Made by a program: the position numbers and the translations under genes | DNA from: a virus | Length of the DNA: 64,000 bases | Strand: one strand, 5' to 3' | Virus record (IMG/VR): IMGVR_UViG_3300031616_000001 | Span: 1-64,000 of that record | In this document: positions 10,042-18,337 of the stretch, piece after piece | Layout: each line of letters begins with the position of its first letter | How positions within the stretch are numbered: position 1 is the stretch's first letter | Notes under the pieces: model-generated | Database searches by the model: none | What the model was told of the DNA's origin: nothing | Seen by the model: the letters and a program-made list of their open reading frames with translations, nothing else

Positions 10042-10494
10042 ATGAAGCGCCAAGTCACCGATCGCCTGTTCTTGACGGGTCTGTCGTTCCTCGCTGTCGG
10101 TGTCGCGTACTTCGAGCCGTCGAGTCTCAGCTACATCATGCTGCGCATCGGAGGATTCTGGGCGCGGCTTTGCATGCTCACGCTGTTCGCGCTCAGCGTG
10201 ATCGCGCTGCTCGACACCGTCGTCAACGACATCCTACCGCAGCGATTCACGCTGCGACGAACGCTCGGACGACGCCGTGGAATTTGGATGGCCATTGCCA
10301 TTACCTACGGCGGCATGGCGTTCGTGATCGTCAAGTACGGGTCAGGCTTTTGGATTGCCGCCGTCTTCTTCTGGTACGCGGCCCGGTGTGCTGCCATTGC
10401 GTTCCTGGATCTCTTCTACGAATACAAGCCGGTGATCTTGGATCCGTCGACTTCGATCAACCCAACCATTCCGGCGGCACTCGGCGATGAGTAA
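10042..10494 (+). CDS. Membrane protein (~4 TM), holin/antiholin candidate
   Basis: Four hydrophobic segments; first gene of the lysis region. Confidence 0.5.
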   Translation: MKRQVTDRLFLTGLSFLAVGVAYFEPSSLSYIMLRIGGFWARLCMLTLFALSVIALLDTVVNDILPQRFTLRRTLGRRRGIWMAIAITYGGMAFVIVKYGSGFWIAAVFFWYAARCAAIAFLDLFYEYKPVILDPSTSINPTIPAALGDE

Positions 10495-10987
10495 GAAGCA
10501 CAAGGCCAAGTTCTTCCTCCGATCCGACGCCGTCGCAATGATCAGGACGCTCGTCTTGTTGCTATGGCCGATCACCGCGCTTGCCGCTGCGCAGAGTCTC
10601 GGCGCCACGTTGAGCGGCGTCACGTTCGCCGACTGGTTTTCGTTGCTGACGCTGTCGTTTGTCAGCGGACTGGTAGCTCTCCTGCATCGCGTTCGCAAGA
10701 GCCTTGAGGCCGCGGCGCGCGTCTCCACTGGCGAGGTCGTCGACATGTCGGATCGGCAGTTGATCCCGTGGTGGCTCTTCGCTCTATGCCATATGGCTGG
10801 CGCCATGTTTATCGGAGTGCTCGCCTTCTTCGTATGCGAATGGCTCGACTTCAACAGTCACCTTGAAGCGCTGTGCATCGCTCTCGCCAGCTGGAGCGGG
10901 GCAAAGCTCGCGGATCGCTGGGCCGATGCATTCAGCGATGGATTGGCGGCGCGCGTTGGCGCCGTGTTCGGAAAACAAAACCCCTAG
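10487..10987 (+). CDS. Putative holin (multi-TM)
   Basis: Hydrophobic helices, SFVSGLVALL and IALASWSG motifs; lysis-region position. Confidence 0.6.
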   Translation: MSKKHKAKFFLRSDAVAMIRTLVLLLWPITALAAAQSLGATLSGVTFADWFSLLTLSFVSGLVALLHRVRKSLEAAARVSTGEVVDMSDRQLIPWWLFALCHMAGAMFIGVLAFFVCEWLDFNSHLEALCIALASWSGAKLADRWADAFSDGLAARVGAVFGKQNP

Positions 10988-10997
10988 AGGACCACTC

Positions 10998-13130
10998 ATG
11001 AAGCACCTGCTATTGACTCTGCTGCTTGCCGCCGGCACGGCGGCCGCGGACACAACCGTCGCGCCGCTGCCGACGGGCACGTGGACGCTGATGCGTAGCG
11101 CGACCAACGTGCAGACCGGCTACGCGACCAAGGAGGCTTGCTGGGCTGCTGCCGAAGTCGACGCTGAAGCGAGGAAGATCGTGGCAAAGGTGAACTATCG
11201 GTGCCGCACCGATCTGATCTTCGCCGTCACATACAAGGCTCCGACGATCCCGCCACAGCCGGCGGCGGAAACGCAGACCGTCGCGTGCACGTCGCCGCTA
11301 GTCGGCAGCTGGACGCAGGTCCGCACCTACTTCCTGTCGAACGGCAAGTGGGTCGCCGGCGACTGGACGCCAAGCGCGGCGCCCGCCGGCGCCTGCGTGA
11401 CACCGGTTCCGCCGAAGCCCGCTGACGACACGCAGACCGTCGCCTGCCCGAGCGGCACGACCGGCTCGTGGTCGCAGACGCGCACCTACAGCCTGGTGAG
11501 CAACGCATGGGTTGCCGGCGCGTGGACTCCCGCCGCGGCTCCGTCCGGCGCTTGCACCGCAGTGGTGGCTCAGACCTGGGCGAAGATGGCCAGCGAGGGC
11601 GGATCGTTCAACGTTGCCACGGCCTCGAGCGTGCGCTTCGGCGCCGGCTCGGCGTGGATCACGAAGACGCTCTCGGGCACCGTGCAGTGCACGAACACAT
11701 TCTTCGGCTCTGACCCCGCGGTCAATGTCGTCAAGGAATGCGACCAGCTCGGCGGCGTGTCGCCGACTCCTGTAGATCCGCCGGTTGATCCGACGCCGAC
11801 TCCGCTGCCCGATCCGATCCCCGGGCCGGTCAACGGCTTGCAGGTGAACCGCACGAGCTGCACCGCGCCTTGCGCTGTCCTGTTCGATGCCACCGCGATG
11901 GGCGACTTCCGCGCGACGTACAGCTTCGACTTCGGTGATCCGAACTCCGGCGCGTGGGCGATCAGCGGCAAGTCGAAGAACACGGAACTTGGCGGCCCGA
12001 TCGCGGCGCACGTCTACATGGTGCCAGGCGCGTTCAAGCCTGTGGTCAACGGCGTGTCCGTGACCATCACGGTGGCCGACGCCAACGTGACGTACGCCGG
12101 CACGAAGACCGTGTGCGTGAGCCCGGCCAAGGACTACACGGACTGCCCGGCGGGTGCCGCGCAAGTCACCGCCCTTCCGGCGCTGCCGTGGGCTGGCAAG
12201 CGCGTGCTGCTGCACACCGGCGAGAAGTTCGGCGACATCCAGCTGCTCGACGGCAACATCGGCGTGCAGGTTGGAAGCTACGGATCCGGCGCGAAGCCCG
12301 TCGTGGCCTCGGTCGGCATCGGCAACTGGCGTCCGACCACGACGGCCTTCCCGTCCGATGTGACGGTGATGGACCTGAACGTCTCGAACCAGATCTCGCA
12401 GAGCCTCGGCAACCGCGTGTTGATCCTGCGCAACGACGTGCACCTGACGCCGAACAGCGGCGGCATTCCGCTGTCGATCGGCGAGGTCGACTACTGGTAC
12501 CGAGGCGACCCGTACCGCACCGTCCCGCAGAGCGCGTTCTACAACGCGCACCAGATCTTCCTCGTCGAAAACAACGCGCTTGGCACCGACACCGCCACAG
12601 GCGTTGCTGGATTCTGGGGCGAGGGCTCGCGCATCGCGATGCTGGGCAACCGCTTCGGCAAGTACCAGATGCACAGCGCGCGCTTCAGCGGTCTGAACAA
12701 GGGCGTGATCTCGCACAACGAACTGCAGGGCATCAGCGCCGACGGCATCCGCCTGGCGCTCAAGCTGCATTCGAATGGCGTGCTGCCGTACTCCGACACG
12801 TTGATCGCCGATAGCTCGGGACGCGGCACCTGGGCGTCGAGCCAGATCGTGATCGGCAACAACCTGTTCGGCAACGCAGCGGACAACAACGCGTGGACGG
12901 TCGAGGTCGGTCCGCAGAACAACACGGTGGGCGAGGGCGTCGAAGACGTCGTCGTCGAGAACAACCGGTTCGCGCGCGGCAAGAACACGTCGAGGGACTT
13001 CGTCTACGTCGGCCGCCGCATCACGACGCGCGGCAACACCGTGGTCGGCGGCGGCGCGATCTCCACGGGTACCGACACGAACACCGAACTGCCGGCGTCG
13101 TGGATGGGCCCGAACTACATCGGCAACTGA
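10998..13130 (+). CDS. Secreted multidomain protein: signal peptide, Cys/Trp repeats, PKD-like domain, parallel beta-helix
   Basis: MKHLLLTLLLAAGTAAA signal peptide; duplicated QTVAC..GSW.Q.RTY...W..G.WTP repeat; FDFGDP...AAHVY..PG PKD motif; repeated N-rich beta-helix coils. Confidence 0.7.
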   Translation: MKHLLLTLLLAAGTAAADTTVAPLPTGTWTLMRSATNVQTGYATKEACWAAAEVDAEARKIVAKVNYRCRTDLIFAVTYKAPTIPPQPAAETQTVACTSPLVGSWTQVRTYFLSNGKWVAGDWTPSAAPAGACVTPVPPKPADDTQTVACPSGTTGSWSQTRTYSLVSNAWVAGAWTPAAAPSGACTAVVAQTWAKMASEGGSFNVATASSVRFGAGSAWITKTLSGTVQCTNTFFGSDPAVNVVKECDQLGGVSPTPVDPPVDPTPTPLPDPIPGPVNGLQVNRTSCTAPCAVLFDATAMGDFRATYSFDFGDPNSGAWAISGKSKNTELGGPIAAHVYMVPGAFKPVVNGVSVTITVADANVTYAGTKTVCVSPAKDYTDCPAGAAQVTALPALPWAGKRVLLHTGEKFGDIQLLDGNIGVQVGSYGSGAKPVVASVGIGNWRPTTTAFPSDVTVMDLNVSNQISQSLGNRVLILRNDVHLTPNSGGIPLSIGEVDYWYRGDPYRTVPQSAFYNAHQIFLVENNALGTDTATGVAGFWGEGSRIAMLGNRFGKYQMHSARFSGLNKGVISHNELQGISADGIRLALKLHSNGVLPYSDTLIADSSGRGTWASSQIVIGNNLFGNAADNNAWTVEVGPQNNTVGEGVEDVVVENNRFARGKNTSRDFVYVGRRITTRGNTVVGGGAISTGTDTNTELPASWMGPNYIGN

Positions 13131-13141
13131 GGAAGCGCGTC

Positions 13142-13501
13142 ATGGAACTGCCAAAAATCACGGTCCCCAAGGCCTTCATGCAAGGGCTGATCGCGCTCCT
13201 GCTGATTGCCAACTTCACGTTCATGCTGGTGGCGCCGTCGGTGCTGCCCGGATACAAGCCACCTGGCGATGCGCTGACGCAGACCCTCGTCAACCTGGTG
13301 ATCCTCGCCGTCGGCTACTACCTCGGGAGCTCGCAGGGTTCGGCGCGCAAGGATGAGCTCAATGCCCAGCAGCAGGACAAGGCAATCACCGCACTGGCCT
13401 CGACTCCGCCGCCGGATCCGCCGCCGATCGCCCCCGCGCCTGCACCTGCACCTGCTGTGGATGTGGCGCCAACCACTGTCGAAGTGGTGGCAACGAAATG
13501 A
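13142..13501 (+). CDS. Holin (2 TM)
   Basis: Two TM helices then GYYLGSSQGSARKDE; stop overlaps the endolysin start (ATGA). Confidence 0.7.
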   Translation: MELPKITVPKAFMQGLIALLLIANFTFMLVAPSVLPGYKPPGDALTQTLVNLVILAVGYYLGSSQGSARKDELNAQQQDKAITALASTPPPDPPPIAPAPAPAPAVDVAPTTVEVVATK

Positions 13502-14118
13502 TCACATCCGCGCAGTGGTTGCACGTACTGACCAGCTGTACCGTTCGCTTCACCACCGCGGTGCAATGGGCGAAGATCTTCGAGGCGCGCGTGCAACCCG
13601 TGTCGTTCAACCTGGGCGCGCGCGAGCTCGACGATTTCGTCGGCCAGGTTCTCCATGAGACGCAGCTGCTCGAGCACCTCGAGGAGAACTTGAACTACAG
13701 CGCGAAGCGATTGACCGAGGTCTGGCCCGAGCGCTTCCCGACGATCGCCGATGCCATGCCGTATGCGTACAACCCCGAGGCCTTGGCCAACAAGACTTAC
13801 GGTGGCCGCCTCGGTAACACGCAGCCCGGCGACGGCGCGCGCTACATCGGCCGCGGCATCCCGATGATCACGGGTCGCGACAACTATGCGCTGCTCGAGA
13901 CGCTCACCGGGCTTCCGCTGTTGCAGCACCCCGAGTTGCTGGCCAGCCCAGACGGGGCCATGCGCTGCGGCGTGCTTTGGTGGGAGAAGCGGATCCCGGA
14001 CAGCGCGATCGACAGCGTCGAGAAGGTCACGAAGGCCGTGCAGGGCAAGCAACTCGGCCTGCTTGATCGCAAGAAGCTCACCGAACTGGCAGGCCGATCG
14101 CTCGGCGCGCTGGGCTGA
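13498..14118 (+). CDS. Endolysin, glycoside hydrolase family 19
   Basis: FVGQVLHET, EENLNYSA, ANKTYGGRLGN, DGARYIGRG..MITGRDNY motifs. Confidence 0.9.
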   Translation: MITSAQWLHVLTSCTVRFTTAVQWAKIFEARVQPVSFNLGARELDDFVGQVLHETQLLEHLEENLNYSAKRLTEVWPERFPTIADAMPYAYNPEALANKTYGGRLGNTQPGDGARYIGRGIPMITGRDNYALLETLTGLPLLQHPELLASPDGAMRCGVLWWEKRIPDSAIDSVEKVTKAVQGKQLGLLDRKKLTELAGRSLGALG

Positions 14119-14120
14119 TC

Positions 14121-14510
14121 GTGGGCCAGCTGAGCGCCGTCCTTCGCAACGCGGAGGACGGCATGCTGCTGTTCTGGTGCCCGGGCTGCGACGGCGCGCA
14201 CGGCATCAAACACGGCGCCGGCGCTGGGCCGCGTTGGACATGGAACGGCGACGCCGACAAGCCGACTTTCAGGCCATCGATTCTGGTGCGCTATGAGTAC
14301 CTGAGCGAGGCGGCGTGCTTGCGCAACTTCGCCTTCTACGCCGAGCACGGGCGCTACATGACGCACGAGGAACTGCCATTCGACGTGCATGAGGTATGCC
14401 ATTCCTATGTCACAGACGGCCGCATCCGGTTTCTCCAAGACTGCACGCACGCGCTCGCCGACAAGACCGTGGACCTTCCGCCCTGGCGCGAGGCAACCGA
14501 AGATTTCTGA
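14121..14510 (+). CDS. DUF6527-like protein
   Basis: FWCPGC..AH...WTWNG...PTFRPSIL...CHSYVTDGRIRFL.DCTH motif. Confidence 0.7.
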   Translation: MGQLSAVLRNAEDGMLLFWCPGCDGAHGIKHGAGAGPRWTWNGDADKPTFRPSILVRYEYLSEAACLRNFAFYAEHGRYMTHEELPFDVHEVCHSYVTDGRIRFLQDCTHALADKTVDLPPWREATEDF

Positions 14511-14521
14511 GCGAGGCAATC

Positions 14522-14710
14522 ATGGCCATCTTCAGGCATTCCGACGGCAGCTACAGACGCTATCCGCCGGCCGCAGTCCCGCCGGCGACGAAGATCGCTG
14601 ACGATGAGTACGAGAACCCGGCGCATTGGCGGCCAGCGCCTGGCGCGCGGCCCGGCATCGAGATTCACCGCGACGGCAAGACGATGCGCAATCGTCCCGG
14701 TGGTTCGTAG
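14522..14710 (+). CDS. Small hypothetical protein
   Basis: GAGG RBS upstream; fills the gap before the tRNA cluster. Confidence 0.4.
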   Translation: MAIFRHSDGSYRRYPPAAVPPATKIADDEYENPAHWRPAPGARPGIEIHRDGKTMRNRPGGS

Positions 14711-14711
14711 G

Positions 14712-14786
14712 TGGCGGGCCCCGAGAGATTCGAACTCCCGTCGCACGGTTTTGGAGACCGGCATCGTTCCGCTAGACCAGAGGCCC
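14712..14786 (-). tRNA. tRNA-Trp(CCA)
   Basis: Cloverleaf; anticodon loop CTCCAAA; GTTCGAAT T-loop; encoded CCA end. Confidence 0.9.
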
Positions 14787-14794
14787 CAATGAAG

Positions 14795-14871
14795 TGGTAG
14801 CGAGCATTCGATTCGAACGAATGACCTACGGGTTATCTGCCCGGCGCTCTAACCGACTGAGCTAGCCCGCT
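14795..14871 (-). tRNA. tRNA-Ile(GAT) with non-canonical A33
   Basis: TAGCTCAGTCGGTTAGAGC D-arm; stem CCGGG/CCCGT with loop CAGATAA; TTCGAAT; CCA end. Confidence 0.8.
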
Positions 14872-14880
14872 GCGCTGTAC

Positions 14881-14956
14881 TGGCAAGGGCGGCACGATTC
14901 GAACGTGCGACACGCGGGATCAAAACCCGCTGCTCTACCAACTGAGCTACGCCCCA
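14881..14956 (-). tRNA. tRNA-Gln(TTG)
   Basis: Anticodon arm GCGGG-TTTTGAT-CCCGC; TTCGAAT; GCCA end; U1:U72 mismatch. Confidence 0.85.
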
Positions 14957-15066
14957 GAAGATTCACTGTCGCCAGGTGACGACGATCTGAATTCGGGCGG
15001 TCAGGTGGGAGCGGGTCATGATGCGCGCAATTATGCAGCAAGTTTGCAGCGAGGTAAGTGCACTGC

Positions 15067-15143
15067 TGGTGCGCCCGCAGGGATTCGAACCCCGAACCTA
15101 CCGCCTAGAAAACGGCTGCTCTGATCCGTTGAGCTACGGGCGC
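15067..15143 (-). tRNA. tRNA-Arg(TCT)
   Basis: GCGCCCG acceptor stem; arm GCCGT-TTTCTAG-GCGGT; GGTTCGAATCC; CCA end. Confidence 0.9.
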
Positions 15144-15148
15144 ATGTG

Positions 15149-15223
15149 TGGTGCCGCGTCGAGGAATCGGACCCCGGACCAACGAGTTACAAGGACGCTG
15201 CTCTACCACTGAGCTAACGCGGC
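15149..15223 (-). tRNA. tRNA-Thr(TGT), atypical or possibly degenerate
   Basis: Loop CTTGTAA, but the anticodon stem GCGTC/CTCGT has two mismatches and the T-loop reads GTCCGAT instead of GTTCGA. Confidence 0.65.
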
Positions 15224-15230
15224 GAGATGG

Positions 15231-15306
15231 TGGCTGGCAAGACAGGGCTCGAACCTGTGACCAATCCCTTAACAGGGGAACGCTCTACCGACTGAGCTAC
15301 ATGCCA
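15231..15306 (-). tRNA. tRNA-Asn(GTT)
   Basis: Arm TTCCC-CTGTTAA-GGGAT; GGTTCGAGCC; GCCA end. Confidence 0.9.
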
Positions 15307-15429
15307 ACGGGCATGCGGTCAATTTCGCCTGGACGGCGTTCGGGCAGGTGCGGCCGACGCGCGCGTGTCCGTGGATCTGGTGATCCGGGTATCGCTGCGT
15401 GTGATGTCGGCCCTTTGCATGGTGCCGCG

Positions 15430-15458
15430 ATTCTAGTTCGCCGCGCTCCCTGATTCAA
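15430..15458 (-). promoter_or_regulatory. Sigma70-type promoter for the tRNA cluster
   Basis: TTGAAT-N17-TAGAAT on the minus strand, ~125 nt upstream of tRNA-Asn. Confidence 0.65.
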
Positions 15459-15573
15459 CTTCCTCGTGACCGGCCTGCTCGTGAGAGCCAGCGCCAGCGC
15501 GCCGCCGCGCGCGTCGTTTCAAGCAGTCGACGCGCGGCCGTTCAAGTTCCCCAACCGCCCGAAAGGCAATTCC

Positions 15574-15936
15574 ATGAAGCACTTCCGCTTTTCCATTCAA
15601 CTCGCGTTCTTCGCATTGGTCGCCGCCATCGTCGTCGGTTGCGCCGCGCTCGGTGCGCCGACGCCCGACACGTTCAACCAGAAGCTCGCCGTCGGCGTGG
15701 CCAGCGTCACCGAGGCGCGCAACACCGCGACCACTCTCCTGCAGGCCGGAAAGATCAGCGTCGCCGACGCCCAGAACATCCAGGCCCAAGCTGACGTTGC
15801 CCGTGAGGGCTTGAACGTCGCGCGCGGCATGTCGGCTACCGACCTCACCACAGCCAACACGCGCCTGGAGGTCGCGTCCGCCGCGCTCCGGGCCTTGCAG
15901 GCCTACCTCGTCACCAAGCAAGGAGGTGTGAAATGA
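15574..15936 (+). CDS. Lipoprotein (spanin-like candidate)
   Basis: Basic N-terminus, hydrophobic stretch and VVGC lipobox; Ala-rich helical body. Confidence 0.65.
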   Translation: MKHFRFSIQLAFFALVAAIVVGCAALGAPTPDTFNQKLAVGVASVTEARNTATTLLQAGKISVADAQNIQAQADVAREGLNVARGMSATDLTTANTRLEVASAALRALQAYLVTKQGGVK

Positions 15937-16139
15937 ACAACGCCCTCATCCTCGTCAGCCTGCTTCTCCAGTACAGCGATAAAATCGCCGCCGTCTCGAA
16001 GCTCCTCACCGCCGCGCACAGCGAAGGCCGCGACGTCACCGACGCCGAGCTCGACACGCTGTTCGCCGGCGACGACGCCGCGCGCGCCGCGCTGCAGGCC
16101 GCGATCGACGCCGGCAAGGCCGCGCCGCCGGCGCCGTGA
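15933..16139 (+). CDS. Small hypothetical protein coupled to the lipoprotein gene
   Basis: AGGAGG RBS; ATGA overlap. Confidence 0.65.
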   Translation: MNNALILVSLLLQYSDKIAAVSKLLTAAHSEGRDVTDAELDTLFAGDDAARAALQAAIDAGKAAPPAP

Positions 16140-16390
16140 GCGCCAGGCTCAAGGTCGAGATCTTCGCCGCCAAGAACGGCCAGTGGGCGTTCCGTGTGAT
16201 CCGCGGCGCGCGCATCATCCTCGGCCCCGTCGAGACCTATGCGCTGCGCGGCGGTGCGCGGCGCGCCGTGCGCGCGCTGGCCGCCATCAGCACGGACGCG
16301 TCGAGTTCGAGCTGGGTGAGCCCGCTTCAGGCCGCCTGCCTCCTGGGCCTGGAAGACGAGCAGCGAGCGTGGGACGCCCGCCGGCGTTGA
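16136..16390 (+). CDS. DUF1508/YegP-like protein
   Basis: KVEIFAAKNGQWAFRV...IIL...ETY....A.RAV pattern. Confidence 0.55.
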   Translation: MSARLKVEIFAAKNGQWAFRVIRGARIILGPVETYALRGGARRAVRALAAISTDASSSSWVSPLQAACLLGLEDEQRAWDARRR

Positions 16391-16401
16391 TCTGATCGAC
16401 C

Positions 16402-16426
16402 TGGCCGGCCCGCAATGGGCCGGCCA
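16402..16426. terminator. Perfect GC-rich hairpin between convergent genes
   Basis: TGGCCGGCCC-GCAAT-GGGCCGGCCA (10 bp stem); no clear U-tract. Confidence 0.5.
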
Positions 16427-16434
16427 CTTGCCCG

Positions 16435-16728
16435 TCAGGGCTTCCGCTGCGGCCGGGGCAGTTGCGCCCCGGTGCGCAGTCGCTCGGTCCAGGCGTGGAT
16501 CTCGACAAGTCCGTCTTGGCTCACCCATAGCGCGCGTCCCCTCCCGGGCGCTCGAAAGCCGAGCAGGCGAACCTCGTCTGGCGTCTTCGCGCCGTCAATC
16601 GCCGTCGCCTCGATCGACGTGATTGCCCGCTCCCTGGACACCAGGAAACCGTAGCCGGTATGGATGGTGTCGCCGTCGAATCGAAACATGAACTCGTGCG
16701 GCAAAGGCTCGCGCGTCGGATAGGTCAT
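16435..16728 (-). CDS. Hypothetical protein
   Basis: ATGA-coupled to the upstream ORF; AAGGAG RBS. Confidence 0.5.
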   Translation of the reverse strand: MTYPTREPLPHEFMFRFDGDTIHTGYGFLVSRERAITSIEATAIDGAKTPDEVRLLGFRAPGRGRALWVSQDGLVEIHAWTERLRTGAQLPRPQRKP

Positions 16729-16943
16729 TTCTCTCCTTCTGGCGCCGCGCCATCGAACGGACGTTCGACGCTGCCGGCACCCGAGAAGTCGATGAAGCCG
16801 TACGGCTTCCCATTCTCGTCGGCGATGAACAGATTGCCGATCTGATTGACACACACCTGTGTGCCTTCCGGCAGCTGTAGCAGCAGCTCCGCCAGCCGCC
16901 TCGGTTCCAGCCACTTCAGGCCGGTAGTAGGATCCAGATTCAT
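16725..16943 (-). CDS. Hypothetical protein
   Basis: GGAGG RBS; 72 aa. Confidence 0.55.
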   Translation of the reverse strand: MNLDPTTGLKWLEPRRLAELLLQLPEGTQVCVNQIGNLFIADENGKPYGFIDFSGAGSVERPFDGAAPEGEK

Positions 16944-16975
16944 GCCCTTGTCCTCCTGTTTGCGGAGGCAGCAGG

Positions 16976-17168
16976 ATTCACACGTTTCTCACATGCGGTC
17001 CCGCGGCTCCACGTGGAACACAGGGGCAAAGCGACGAAGTTGGATTCGGGGTTCGAAACCCTCACCGCCCACCATCAAATTGCCCCGCCTTACCGGGCGT
17101 CAGACGCAAAACAGCCGTCAGCGACCCGTCCCAAACCCGGCTACGAATTCACATCTTTCTCACATGCG
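16976..17168. other. attP: attP: tRNA 3'-end core (17049-17074) flanked by arm-type direct repeats
   Basis: GGGTTCGAAACCCTCACCGCCCACCA (T-arm, acceptor strand, CCA); 22-bp repeats ATTCACAcgTTTCTCACATGCG (16976-16997) and ATTCACAtcTTTCTCACATGCG (17147-17168); adjacent to the integrase 3' end. Confidence 0.8.
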
Positions 17169-18337
17169 ACCGTAGTCCAGAGCCGAGATCCTCCGTATCG
17201 CCGGGCCGGCCGGTCGAATCCGAGCTTCTCGCCTTCGCTGATCCAGCGCCCGTACGTGCGGGTCACCATCTCGATGTTCTTGTGGCCCAGCAGGTTCGAG
17301 ATGTGGGCCGGGTTCTCGCCCTGGCTCAGCAGGTTCGAAGCAAATGTGTGCCGCAGCTGGTACGGGCTCCGGTACGCGATTCCCGTGCCCTTGTGCGCCT
17401 TTCGCCAGACCTCGGCCAGGCGCCTGTCGTCCCAAGCGCCGTCGTCGCGCGTGCCACGCGGGTTCACTGAGACGCGGTCGCCGGCGAGCAGCGTGTGCGC
17501 GCGCAAGAGATCGATGGCCTCGCGCGCCGCCGGCAGCAGAAGGATCGTGCGCACGCCCGCCGGGGTCTTCGGCCGCGCCTTGTCTTCGCCCGCTGTCGTC
17601 GTCTCCTGGATGTGGATGGTGCTCGCCTCGAGGTCGACGCGCGTCCATCGCAGGCCGATCAGCTCGCCGGTTCGCAGGCCGGTATAGGCCCACAGTTGGA
17701 AGGCGAAGCGCTCGGGCTCGGCGACGTTGGAAAGAAGCTTGACCACCTCCGACTCGCCATAGGGCTGCGCGTCGTAGCCCGTCGACCGCTGTGCCACGGG
17801 GAGCAAGGGCGCGATCTTCAGGCCGAGCAGCGGGTTGCCTTTGATGATCTCGTCGCCGACGGCCTCGTTCAGGACGGCGCGCAGCGGCAGCAACAGGTTG
17901 TTGATCCGCTTCAGGCTGCAGGTCTGCTTGTTGACCCAATCGCGGATGTCGCTTCGCTTCAGTTCGGTGATGCGCTTGTGGCCGAAGGCTGGCACCAGGA
18001 CATTGTCGATCGCCGTCTTGGTCCCGGCGAACGTCGACGGCTCGAACGTCCGCTTGACGCGGTCACGGTAGGCCTCGAGCAAGTCCTTGAGCAGCGCCGT
18101 CTTGCCGACGCCGTGCCCGAAGACGGCGGCGCGCTTTGACATCGGGAATTCCCTGGCGTAGTCGAACTGGGTCTTTTCGATCATCGTGAGGATTGCCGCG
18201 CGCCGGCGCTCGCACCACGCTTCGTTCGCCTTGCTGTGCTCGAGGTCGACCACCTCGCGGCACTGCACGCCCATGAAGCTGAAGGCGATCTGGTAGATCT
18301 GCTTCGTCTTGCGCGTGATCGGCGTGACTCCAATCAC
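17141..18337 (-). CDS. int: Tyrosine integrase with N-terminal arm-binding domain
   Basis: YTGLRTGE (R), PKT (K), YQLRHTFAS, LLGHKN..MV.RTY catalytic motifs; GTG start overlaps the xis stop. Confidence 0.95.
   Translation of the reverse strand: MIGVTPITRKTKQIYQIAFSFMGVQCREVVDLEHSKANEAWCERRRAAILTMIEKTQFDYAREFPMSKRAAVFGHGVGKTALLKDLLEAYRDRVKRTFEPSTFAGTKTAIDNVLVPAFGHKRITELKRSDIRDWVNKQTCSLKRINNLLLPLRAVLNEAVGDEIIKGNPLLGLKIAPLLPVAQRSTGYDAQPYGESEVVKLLSNVAEPERFAFQLWAYTGLRTGELIGLRWTRVDLEASTIHIQETTTAGEDKARPKTPAGVRTILLLPAAREAIDLLRAHTLLAGDRVSVNPRGTRDDGAWDDRRLAEVWRKAHKGTGIAYRSPYQLRHTFASNLLSQGENPAHISNLLGHKNIEMVTRTYGRWISEGEKLGFDRPARRYGGSRLWTTVACEKDVNS

Noticed and set aside
11270-11560. Diversity-generating retroelement TR/VR pair
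   Set aside because: The two similar segments are in-frame protein repeats, the differences are not adenine-specific, and no reverse transcriptase was seen.
11298-12770. 490-aa minus-strand ORF
   Set aside because: Antisense shadow of the secreted beta-helix gene.
15067-15143. Amber suppressor tRNA (CTA appears in the loop)
   Set aside because: Stem pairing centres the 7-nt loop TTTCTAG on TCT (Arg), and the body is Arg-like. TAG is also used as a normal stop codon in this genome.
17047-17074. Seventh tRNA gene or a prophage-host boundary
   Set aside because: Only the T-arm and 3' acceptor strand are present, and phage genes lie on both sides, so it is the attP core.
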